Of a stretch of 64,000 bases of DNA, positions 1 to 12,120 are shown one piece after another (within the stretch, counting starts at the first letter, position 1; each line of letters starts with the position of its first letter). Both the position numbers and the translations under genes were made by a program. The notes below the pieces were generated by a model. The model was not told the DNA's origin. It did no database searches and worked only from the letters and a program-made list of their open reading frames with translations. The DNA comes from the human T2T-CHM13v2.0 reference genome, Homo sapiens: assembly GCF_009914755.1 (NCBI RefSeq), contig NC_060926.1; one strand, 5' to 3'.

Positions 1-1371
1 AAATTCTGCTCGGCATTGACTAAGCATATGAGTAAGTTTTTATTTTAATAGCACCATGTGGGAGGTTTCTTTATAAATGAATGGGGAGCAGAGGAGGGAA
101 TGCTTGCAAACTTCCCACAGACAAGAGCTAAGCCTATAAAAGCATATGGTAACACAGAATCATTCTTTTCAGTTTCAGGGTAAGCTCTTTTGCAAGGTAA
201 TATCATTTGCAAAAAACAAAAAGTCAACAAATAACCTTTTTGCCCTGCAGCGCTTAAAAATGACAACTGTTCAATGAATGGAAATTTGTGGGCCACATAC
301 ACAGACAGCAAATTTGCCAGGATCCCATTCTGCCTAAAATGTATGTGTAATGGATTGCCCAGCTCAAAATTGAGGAGGCTGGCCTGAGTTTAAGCACCAT
401 TATTTTGCATTGCTCCAAGCTGCTAAAATTCCAGATGCAGCTCAGTGGGGAGAAGTGATTTCACTTTCAGAGAGATTGGGCCATGATAGTGCGTATGACG
501 GGCTGTATGTAGCATCACCCTCCAAAGGACGAGTCAGAGTCAGGAAACGTTAATCACGTGCCCGCTGTCCCCAGCTTGCACACTTAATCTCTTCACTGTC
601 ACTGAGGTGGTCCCATCTCTGGAAGGCAGCACCCAGGAGAGCTGTAGCTAAGCACATGGTGCATGACAACATGGAACCACAAGGAAAGGCTGGGGTGTAA
701 TGCTGGAGTTTGGTTAAGACCCTACCCCTCATCTAAATGAGGGCTCATTGTGCATTTTGTATCCTCAGAATGTGTCCCCTAGTTTTTAGTTCTCTTCCTC
801 ATAAGCTAGCCCCCTGAGCCTCTCACGGCAATGGGGAGGGTCTGGATTCTGCCGGGCCCTCCTTCGGTTATGCCCAGCAAGCACCTGTAGTCAGTGTCTC
901 CTGGTGGAGGGCCCACTCACCCAGCCATGCCACTTTGCAAAATCTTCAGTATCCATCTCTCTCTCTTGGACTCCCCCAGACACAGGGACACTAAGGTCCC
1001 ACATTCTCAGCTGATGGCCATTTCCCAGGCAGTGGTCTAATGAGCAGCGCTGTCCTAAGCCTCCTCAGGCAATTCCAGTTCCAAAGAATCTGCGTAGCCT
1101 CTTCCTGGGGACCTCTCCTCAGAATGGAGTGTCTCATCCCCACCCCTCTCTCCTCCTTTCTCCTTCAACCCCTGGCTGCCCCTTTCCTGTGGGCTTCTGC
1201 AGGTAGCCAGGCCAGGGACTGCACATGCTGAAGGCCACACTGGGGATAGAGGGCTGCCACCCTGTCCCACAGTCTCGTGGGAGCACCAAGTTGGGGTGGA
1301 CACACAGCCCAGAGCAGCCTCCCACGGGGGGATTTTCCACAGAAGCATTTACCCCCATTTGAATATCTCTA

Positions 1372-1743
1372 TGGTAATGGACTGGATGTTCATGTTCCCC
1401 ACCCCCTGTCCCTGCCAAATTTGCATGTTGAAGCTCTAACCCCCTATGTAATTACCTTTGGAGATCATTAGGTTTAAATGAGGTCAGGGGGGTGGGGTTC
1501 TCATGATGGATTAGTGCCCTTATAAGAAAAGGAAGGGATCAGAGCTCTCCCTGTCTCCACCATGTGTGGACACAGAGAGAAGGTGGCCATCTGCAAACCA
1601 GAAAGGGAGCCCTCACCAGACACCAGATCTGCTGCACCTTGATCTTGGACTTCCAGCCTCCAGAACTGTAAGAAATAAATGCCTATTGTTAAAGCCCCCC
1701 AGTCTATGGTATTTTATGAGAGCAAACACAATGGACTAAGACA
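1372..1743 (+). mobile_element. MLT1A/MLT1A0 MaLR solo LTR
   Basis: ...atgttgaagctctaacccc...ggacttccagcctccagaactgtaagaaataaat...ggactaagaca matches the MLT1A pattern. Confidence 0.85.
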
Positions 1744-3557
1744 CCTAGCACGCCCCCACCTCCCCATGGGAATGAGTCATATCACTCCTGAAGGACCGCT
1801 GTGAGTTCAGGCATATAGGGCAGAAAGACAGAGGCACACGCTGCCATTTGCCCATAGGTTGTTACTGCAAAGCAGCCCGGGGACAGCTGGAGGTGGTATG
1901 GAGGCTGGGCCACCTTGTATTGGATTGTCCACAGACCTTCTTGCTTTCTAAATAGATCTGATTTCCACAGCAGAACTCAGCCCCTCTTCCTTTATTTTTT
2001 TTCTTTTTAATAGATTTTTAAAAATTAATACAAGTACATAATTATTATAGGTATTCAAAAGCTACAGAGCTATATAGGAGAAAGTCAGACCCCAGAAGTG
2101 CCCACATTCCACAGGTGAATAGGCAGCACCTCCCAGTCATTCTGTGTCCCCTAAGAGGCTACAGGTATGGAAACGGGGGCCCAGAATGGACCCATCGGCA
2201 TCTCTCTGGAGGAAGCTGATATTGCACACTCCCTTCTCTGAGGCTACTGGCCCACGTGGTGCTAATCCAGCTGCAACTGTCAGAAAATGATGCTCCCTGG
2301 GAGTTTTCACTTAAGGATTTAGGTGGGGCTCCAGAGGCCCTCATAATGTAAGAGTGCTTTCCCCTCCAAATGCTGCAAAGTCAGAGGAACAGGGGCTGTT
2401 TGAGGATCTTTAATGCTATTTTTATTTTCTCAGCATCATCTCCAATATTTCTTGGGATGCTTGTCATAAAATTAGCAGGCTGGTATTTATTTCCTGGTGT
2501 TTTTAAATCTTCAAGATATTTTATCTCACCTAACTTTCTTTCTAAATTTACTGATTGTGGGTGTATTTTTTTTAACAATACCACTGGAATCACCTCTTAA
2601 TGACAATTAGCCTATCCTGCAGTAGAATACACTATTTGTTTTAAAGATCATAACACAGCAAAAGTTGAAATGACTTTGCAATAATTATCAAAAGCACAGG
2701 AGTCTAGAAGCAGTGATTCACACCCACGAGACAATGGATGGTGACATTCCTGTCTACCTGCTTACCCCCTGAAGTGGGAGACAGTTCACGCTCCGCACCT
2801 CGCCCCCAAGAACAGCTTTGAAATTATGTATTTTTTGTTGTTTTTCAACTAAGAAAATGTTGCATTATTTCAAGTTTCAAATCAGATTATACAAAATCAT
2901 GTATAATATTCTCTCACTGGTTAGGTAGGAGCTGCACTCCTTTCTCTAGTGTTGCCAAGATTTCCATCACTGGAATGTGAAGCCCTTCACCTCTCAGAAT
3001 GCCAGAGAGAAGGAGTCCCTCCTGTGGTCCTGCAGTGTCACCCCAAAAGCTGCCCAGGTTGCCAGATGTGTCTGAGAGAAGTGAGGCCACCTGACTCATT
3101 TAGCCCAGTGCAGGGGAACTTCTCTGAATGTGGCCCGGGTGCTTGAAAGAGCTCTACCCCACAAGTGGAAACCCCTCTTCTCCACTAGGTATTCTGCTCT
3201 CAGATCCACCCCTGCTGAGAATACACTTCTGGTGGAGAGGCACTGCTCCTAAGTGCTGTCAGCAATGAGGACTTCCTGTCTGGAGTAGGGTAGTCCCAGT
3301 GAAACTGACTATCACTACAGGGCCCGGCCCACCTCCGTTCGTGTACCCCAGCACACCAGGCACATCGCTTACTGCTGGTTCTTTACATGCCAGCCAGATT
3401 CAGCTGTGGATGCTGTAGGCATTTAGTTTAGAGATCTTCCTCCACCCTGGGCAGTAAAACAGTGTCTGAAGTTGACTTAATGGCCTCCCAAGCCTGGTCT
3501 CCTACCCGCTGGGCAAAAGCTGCAGGATGGGTCCTGCCTCGGTCATGGGAATGAATA

Positions 3558-3969
3558 TGAAACCGAAAGAGCCAGTCCTTCAAGATGGATCCCTAGTGGC
3601 TAACTGGGCCTAAATTTAACATTGAGCCTAGTGGTCATTTATTGACTAGACATCACAGATGTACTCTGTGTCAACAGAAAACCCATACCTCTGTTCAACT
3701 TTGGGACTTTCAGAACTCACCTGAACCAACCAATCAGAACTTAGCTTCATCAAGTAATTAGAACTAAGCAAGTTTGAATCCTTCATTTGCATAAATGGAC
3801 TTGAGTGGGAACCCGGACAGGAACTTTTGCTGTCAAAACTGAAACCTCCTTTTGCTCCCTGGAAGGAACCTTCATTTTAGACCACAGGTCACATCTCCCC
3901 ATTTTGCAAACTGCTTAGTGGAATAAAGTCTCTTCCCTTCCAATTCTTTTACAGAGAACTTTTGTTCAC
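3558..3969 (+). mobile_element. ERV solo LTR (ERV1-like, subfamily uncertain)
   Basis: Starts with TG; contains caagatggatccctagtggctaactgggcctaaattt, CCAAT motifs and AATAAA near 3922; ends with ..tttgttcac. Confidence 0.65.
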
Positions 3970-4339
3970 CGACACCTTACCTTGCATGCTCCTTATCCCT
4001 CTCCAATAACATGCTCCCATCTGGGCTGTCTCTTTGTTCCCCAGATCATGCTATATCCACTAAAGGGGCTAGTTCTTTCTCTTTGTTTAATATTCAAATC
4101 TTACCAGAGATATTAATATTCATTTCTTCCCAGAGAAAATGGATAGAAGGGTTCTGTCATATTTATTTGGACACTATTCTCATCACTTTAAAGACACACC
4201 TTTAATCAAAATAAAGGCACAAGGGTGTTGAGTGGTGTGGGTGTCAAATGCCATGGGTATCAAATGTTGTAGGTGTCATGCCCCTTCCAGGTCAAAGAAG
4301 AGGATTAATACCATTTGTTGAAAAATTCAGAGCAGAAAG

Positions 4340-4690
4340 GGATTTAGTCCTGACTCTGCTGCTCACTGGCTGTGTCCAGTTCTTAGCTCTGAGCTTCAGT
4401 TTTCTCAACTATAAAATAAAGGCCATAGAGCTACATATGTGGTCTTCAACCTCTTACCAGAAGCATTATTTTATTAAGTACAATTTTGCACATAGCCTCA
4501 GTAATGACAATGGCTAATATTTATTAGTTGAACACTTTTCGAAGAGCTTTATGTGCATTAACTCATTTAAACCTCACAAAAAACCTTATAAGGTAATAGT
4601 ATTATCCCCATTTTTCAGATGAGGAAATTGAGGCACAGAGTGCCCAAGGTCACTCAGCTAGTAAGAATACTAAAGCCAGGTTAAAACATT
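4340..4690. mobile_element. MIR fragments (two, opposite orientation)
   Basis: ctctgagcttcagttttctcaactataaaat and attatccccatttttcagatgaggaaattgaggcacagag match the MIR core. Confidence 0.75.
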
Positions 4691-5445
4691 GCTCTGAAGG
4701 CCACAGTTTCAACTCCTATTTCTGGACAGTGAAATGCTCTGCTAGGTCTGGGCTTAGAAGGGCTGTGGGTGAGTCTCATCTTCTCTGGTATCCCTTCTTC
4801 TTCTCTACTCAGAAGCCCCTTGGCACAACCACAAAGCCCTCAGGTTTCACATACCACCTAGGGCAGTCTAAAAAGTTCCCTTACAGTACTTAAATTCAAC
4901 CAAACACTCATTTCTCATGGAGGTATCAGCATTAAATGGGACCTGCCCATGGAGTGCTCCGGGGTCTCTGGCATGGGACACAGGTGGCACAGGTACAGGT
5001 GTAGATAAATATCACTAACTCTTTTCGGCAGCAGCAGTGGTGGTGGTGCTGTTAGCACAGCCTGGGAAGGTCAAATAAGCATATTTAAATTGTGCCCAGG
5101 AAATGTTATGATAAATTCAGAATCAGGAGAATGAGAAGAGAGAGATGGATCACAAACCTTGGCAAGAAAAGGGAAACCCTTTAGCTGAGAGGATAAAGGA
5201 AGGTACATAATGAATACTTGAAAGAAACAATGGGGAAAGGGGCAGAAAACCTGTCCAGGTCGAGAGACTGGAAAGCAGGCAGGGAATGGAGTAGAGTGGG
5301 TGAGGGGGATGAGCTGCCAGAGAACTGAGTAGGAGAGGGCAGCAGGAGTCAGGGCCAGGCAGAGGGGAAGTGTGCCTGCATTTAAACCAGAAGTGTTGTG
5401 AGCTAGGCTTCCATTGATTTGCACAATGCTTGAACAATGTGATTA

Positions 5446-5770
5446 GGCCAGGCACGATGACTCATGCTTATATCCCAGCACTTTGGGAGGCTGAGATGCA
5501 AGGGTCACTTGCATCTCTTGCCAGGAGTTCAAGACCAGCCTAGGCAATAAAGCAAGGACCCATCTCTACAAAAAAGCATTTTTTAAAAAAAGTTAGTCAG
5601 ACATGGTGCAAGCACCAGTGGTCCTTTCTACTTAGAAGGCTAAGACAAGAGGATCACTGGAGCCCAGTAGTTCCAGGCTATGGTGAGCTATGATTGTACC
5701 ACTGCATTCCAGCCGGGGCAACACAGCAAGAGCCTACCTCTAAAAAATAATAAAAAATAAAATAAAATAA
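5446..5770 (+). mobile_element. AluJ
   Basis: Dimeric Alu with J-type diagnostics and an A-rich tail; 14-bp TSD gaacaatgtgatta at 5432-5445 and 5771-5784. Confidence 0.92.
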
Positions 5771-5830
5771 GAACAATGTGATTAAAGGGCTCCATTTATT
5801 TTTTAATTTAATAAGCTGATAGAACTCAGG

Positions 5831-6205
5831 TAATGGTGTGTGCTGGTAAATGTTTAATAACCAGCTGTCCAAATAACTAAGCATGATTTGCTGATTTCCA
5901 TGGTGAAATACTCCCACACAAGTAGGAACTGGGGAGAGAAGCACAGCTGCCCCGTCGCCCAGTACAGTATTTCCACCACACAGGTACCATAACGTAAAGA
6001 GCCTCAAGGGCACAGGAAATGGTAAAATGTCATAAAAAAGGTAGTATAAGTTTTGTGTATCCATTACTTTTGTTTGCGATTTAATTTGCTTACCTGAGGT
6101 TCTATAATTTTTAATAGTTGCTCTGGTTAACAACCAGGCCAAAAAGTTCCTGAAGATCTTGTAGCCAGCGCTGGTAAGCTAGTACTGGCAGCTCTAGCAC
6201 CTCTG
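5831..6205 (-). mobile_element. MER63 (hAT-Blackjack) non-autonomous DNA transposon
   Basis: Ends tggtgtgtgctggtaaatgtttaataacc and ctctagcacctctg resemble MER63 terminal inverted repeats. Confidence 0.75.
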
Positions 6206-6239
6206 CACATGGATGTTGCTGTGGAGGAAAGAATCGTGG

Positions 6240-6495
6240 CCAAGAGAGCCTGCCGCCAGGGAGAGTTGGTCCCAGGAGAGGCCCACCCAGGAAAACCTGC
6301 TCCCCACCCCCAGAGCCCACCTCCCCAGGAGAATCTGCCCCCTCCTCAGAACCCCTTCCCCAGAGCCAAACCCCCAGAGACACCCCTCACCCAAGGAGAT
6401 CCTGCCCACCCCCAAGAGCCCGCCACCCCCAGCCTGTCCCCGCCCTGGGGAGAGCTCGCCCCCAAGAGTCTGCCACCTAGGCGAGTCAGCCTGGG
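6240..6495 (+). repeat. Degenerate C-rich tandem repeat (~15-18-nt CCCAGGAGAGCCTGC-like units)
   Basis: Recurrent ccaagagagcctgcc / cccaggagaggccca / cccaggaaaacctgc / ccccaggagaatctgcc units; these produce Pro-rich open frames. Confidence 0.55.
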
Positions 6496-7389
6496 GCTCC
6501 ACCACACCCAGCGCTGCAAGCACTTGGCAACCACATGTCTCAGAGCTCAGGGGCTCCCAACAGGAAACAAGTCCTGAGACTGGGAAATCATGTGGGCTGC
6601 TAATCCCGGCAGACAGCTCCTGTTCCCACATACCTTGAGAAAAGGAAGTACACTAGCCAGGGGGAGATCCCTCGGGAATTTCAGGGATGTGCCTACAACA
6701 GTCCCCAGAAGAATCTAACTGTGGGAATGTGCTGGAGGGACGCACTGGAGCACAATGGAAGGCGTATTGGGGGAGCAGCAGAACCTCTGGAAAGGCCCGG
6801 AAAGAAGCGGTAACTCTGACCCCACCGCCTCCCGAACTGCCAACTGGATTCCCAGCCCTGAGCAAGGGGCTTACTTGGAATTTCTCAAGGCTGAAAATGT
6901 TGGGTGGTGGCAGGGAGGCATGAGAAGAGGGAGGTGAAGAAGAAAGGTGGCCAGCATGGGACCCTCACTCCCTACTCTGGTGTGTCTGAACTATCCCAAA
7001 CAGGACTACCCACCTGTAGGAACTTCTGTACTGAGCACATGGCCCAGGAGACTCCAAGCTCTTTCCCTATTTAACAGACCTCTTCACTCTTGCCTCTTGG
7101 CAAGCTTGGTTTATAAACTGTCCAGGTCCAAGGCAACAGCAATCAAAAGAGGACCTACAACGAGGCTGACAGAGGTGTCGGGGTCTGGGAAAGAGAGCCT
7201 GAGTGGAGCCTGTGGACTCTAGCCTGGCCTCGCCCAAGATGGGATGTGACAGTCATGAACACAGGAGAGCCTGGAATAGGCCCCCTCTAAGAATCTGCAG
7301 CCTTCACACCCTCACAATGCCACAGCCAGCAAAGGTGACTGCAGAGGCCAGGACAAGCAAATGCATGGCGCTGAGAAACTGGAGGGTCA

Positions 7390-7544
7390 CCAGATAAAAC
7401 ACACAGGGCCCCCGCTAAGCCCCCTCACTACGCCCCAACAACCAGACTAAAAATCAAAACAGAGTTATCTATGCGACAATTCCACCAAACTGAAACTAAG
7501 TTGTTATCTGATCTTCCACAAAATTAGGAGCATGAGGTAACAGC
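7390..7544 (+). mobile_element. ERV1 (MER4-group/MER34-like) LTR fragment, interrupted by MSTA
   Basis: accaaactgaaactaagttgttatctgatcttcc motif; continues briefly after 7922. Confidence 0.5.
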
Positions 7545-7922
7545 TGCTATGGTTTGGCTGTGTGTCCCCACCCAAATCTCATGTTGAATTGCAATCCCCA
7601 ACACTGAGGGAGGGACCTGGTGGGAGGTGACTGGATCATGGGGGCAGAATTCTCCCTTGCTGTTCTCATGATAGTGAGTGAGTCCTCACGAGATCTGGTT
7701 GTTTAAAAGTGTGTAGTGCTTCTTCTTTCACTGTCTCCTGCCACCACGTGAAGATGTGCTTGCTTTCCCTTTGCCCTTCTGCCATGAGTGTAAGCTTCCT
7801 GAGGCCTACCAGCCATGCTTCCTGTACAGCCTCCAGAACTCTGAGTCAATTAAACCTCTTTTCTGCATAAATTACCCAGTCTCAGTTAATTCTTTATAGC
7901 AGTGTGAGAACGGACTAATGCA
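7545..7922 (+). mobile_element. MSTA MaLR solo LTR
   Basis: tgctatggtttggctg...attaaacctctttt...ggactaatgca; 5-bp TSD acagc at 7540-7544 and 7923-7927. Confidence 0.88.
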
Positions 7923-7943
7923 ACAGCCAGTTTCTCCAACCCT

Positions 7944-8035
7944 CCAGGCTGGTCTCAAACCCCTGACCTCAGATGATCTGCCTGCCTCGGCCTCCCAAAG
8001 TGCTGGGATTACAGGCCTGAGCGATGGTGCCCAGC
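7944..8035 (-). mobile_element. Alu left-arm fragment
   Basis: ccaggctggtctcaaac...cctcccaaagtgctgggattacagg...cccagcc. Confidence 0.85.
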
Positions 8036-8514
8036 CCCTAATTCTTAAACAGGAAGATAGAGTCATGGTTACCCAACAATGAGAAAAATCTCTCAATGTG
8101 AGAAACTCCAAAACAAACAAACAGAACACAAGAGACGCAGTGGAAATCATGCAGAAACCAGAAGGAAACAAAGCAACAGTAATTAAGTTTTAAATTAAAA
8201 TGCAGCTACAATAAATAAACTCTACCATAAAGATACAGATCTATCTAAAATCGTCTTCAATTAATAAATCATAGATTAGCAATCAAAACATACTATATAC
8301 ATTGTGGAAGTCAATACCAAATAAATACAACCAAAATAGACGAAAATATCTGCATGGGGTAAGGGGGTTGTTCTTTTCCAGTATTTTTTAAATTACACTT
8401 AATTTGAGGTAACTGTAGATTCATAAGCAGTTGTAAGAAATAATAGAAACATCACATGCTCTTAACCAAATTTCCCCTACTGGTAATATCTTACAAAACT
8501 GTAGTACGATATCA

Positions 8515-8901
<387 letters not shown>

Positions 8902-9683
8902 TCATGTGGCCCTTTTGCAACCACCCCACTTCACTGCTGTCCCACCAACCACTAATCTGTTCTTCATTCCTGTAACTTTGTCCTTTTTAAAATGTTGTAT
9001 AAATAGAGTAACACAGTATGTAACTTTTGAGGACTGGCTTTTTTTCACTTAATGTAATTCTCAAGATTAACCAGGGTTTTGTGTGTATCAATAGTTGGTT
9101 CCTTTTTATTGCTGAGTAGTATTCCATGATGTGGATGGTTTAACCCACTAAAGGACATTTTGCATCTTTTCAGTTTTTAGCTATTATGAATAGAGCTGCT
9201 ATAAACATTCTTGTACAGGTTTTTGTGTGAACATACATTTTCATTTCTCCGCAATAAATGCACAGGAATGCAATTTCCAGGTCAAACAGCAATTGCATAT
9301 TTAGTTTTTAAAGAAACTGCCAAACTGTTATCTGAATGACTATAATATTTTTTGTTCTACCCAGCAATGTAGGTGTGATCCAGTTTCTCCACATACTTGC
9401 CAGCATTTTGTGTTATAATTTGTTTTCAATTTTAGCAACTCTGATAGGTGTGTAGTAATATCTCACGGTGGTTTTAATGTGCATTTCCCTAAAGGCTAGT
9501 GATATCGAACATCCTTTCCTGCATTTCTTTACCATCTGTATAGTCTTTTTGGTGAAATTCATGGGCATATTTTCCCCTCATTTTCTGATGGGATTCTTCA
9601 TTTTTCTTCTTGTCTTTTTACTGTTGAATTTGATAAATTTTTGTGTATTGTAGATATAAGGTCTTTGTAAGACATGGATTTGA

Positions 9684-10131
<448 letters not shown>

Positions 10132-10213
10132 CTAGCCTTAGGTCCCAAAGATTTTCTCCTGTGAATTCTTTCTAAACATTATATATTTTTATGTTTTATG
10201 TTTAAACTCATGA

Positions 10214-10471
10214 TTTTTTTTTAACGGAGTTTCGCTCTTTCCCCCATGCCAGAGTGAAGTGGCATGATCTCACCTCACTGCAACTTCCATCCCGCCAAAT
10301 TCAAGTGATTCTCCTGCCTCAGCCTCCCGAGTAGCTGTGATTATAGGCACTTGCCACCACGCCCAGCTAATTTTTGTTTTTTTAGTAGAGACAGCATTTC
10401 GCCATGTTGGCTAGGCTGATCTCAAACTCTTGACCTCAGATGATCCACCCACCTCAGCCTCCCAAAGTGCT
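10214..10471 (-). mobile_element. AluS, 5'-truncated
   Basis: Poly-T followed by antisense Alu up to cccaaagtgct. Confidence 0.88.
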
Positions 10472-11343
10472 ATAATGTTTTAATAGACTTTATTTTTTAT
10501 AAGTTTAAAAAAAATGAGATGGTAGAACAGAAAGTTCCCATATACATCCTCACTCAGTGTCCCATCTTATTAACATCTTATATTAATTAGCACGACTGTT
10601 TCAATTAATGAGCCAATATTGATACATTATTATTAACCAAAGTCTATATCTTATTTAGATTTCCTTAGTTTTACCTAACATCTTCCTATGGCCCAGGGTC
10701 CCATCCAGGACACTTACTGTGTTTAGTCATCACATCTCCTCAGGCTCCTCTTGGTTGTGACAGTTTCTCAAACTTTTCCTGATTTTTAGGACCTTGACAA
10801 TTTTGAAGAGTCCTGGTTAGGTATTATCCTATATTCAATGTATTCTATGATACCCCCTTATTGAAATTCACCTGAGGCTTTTTTCATGATTCGACAAGGG
10901 TAATGGGTAAAGCAGTGAAGTGTCATTTTCATCACATCATATCCAGGGTACATACTCACACCATGATTTATCACAGCAGGTGTTGACCATGATCACCTGG
11001 CTGAAGTAGTGCTTGGCAGGTGTCTCCACTGTAAATCTACTTTCCCCCACCCCTATCTATTCTATACTCTTTGGAAGAAAATCACTATGTAGGCCCATAC
11101 CTAAGGACCAGGAACTTACACTTCTCCTCCTTCAGGCTGTAGTATCTGTATTAACTATTTCCAGTTCTTCATAAGAGAGAGTTGTCTTTTTTCCCCCATT
11201 TATTTATTCGAGTATTTACTTATATCACTATGGACTCGTGGATATTTATTTTGGGTGATAATACATTACTACTTTATTATTTTCTTGCTCCAATTATTCC
11301 AAGTTTGGCCATTGAGAGCTCTTTTGGTTGGCTCCTGTGTCTC

Positions 11344-11345
<2 letters not shown>

Positions 11346-11393
<48 letters not shown>
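11346..11393 (+). repeat. (CA)24 microsatellite
   Basis: Perfect CA run. Confidence 0.95.
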
Positions 11394-11394
<1 letters not shown>

Positions 11395-12120
11395 TTCCTT
11401 ACATTCTGGTGCTACAAAATGCTCCAGGTTCATCTCATATATTTTTCCCCCAAGGCCTGGAATCAGCCATTTCTCCAAGGAGCCCTGATTTGTTTTATTG
11501 GTGAATGGTGTTAGAAACCAAGATCTGTGTGTCCAGTGTGCTAATTGCTAGAGGGTTGTCATTGCTTCTTTGTTCTCTCAGGTGACAGAGTAAGGAAAAC
11601 TATGTATGTATACTAACCCACACATACATTCATATCTATAGTACATTTTTAATATATCTCTTCATCATATAGTTTTTTACTAATTTCCCTAGATATTACA
11701 ATATATATACATAATATGTCATAGCTAACTGTATCAGCATTTTACCTCTTCAAGTGAAGTATAGAAATCTGACTTTTATTTAGGTCTGTTTACCCTCCCC
11801 CTTAAAATACAAATATGTTAAATAAATATTTCCACTACAGACACTGAACATCTCACCAGATGATGTTATATTTTTTTGCTTCAACACAATTTTTTAAACA
11901 CTTGAGGAGAATTTTTAACCATTGCATTGTTTTGTTTCCTTCCTGAAGTTCCAGCCTCCCTTTGTTATTATTCACTTTCTGTTTAGAGACATCCCTTTAG
12001 TCATTCTTTAATGCTGGTGACAAATTTCTTATTTTTCTTCTATCTGAGAATGTCTTAATTTTCCATTCATTTCTGAAGGATATTTTTGCTAGGTATAGGA
12101 TATGAGATTGACAGATTTTT

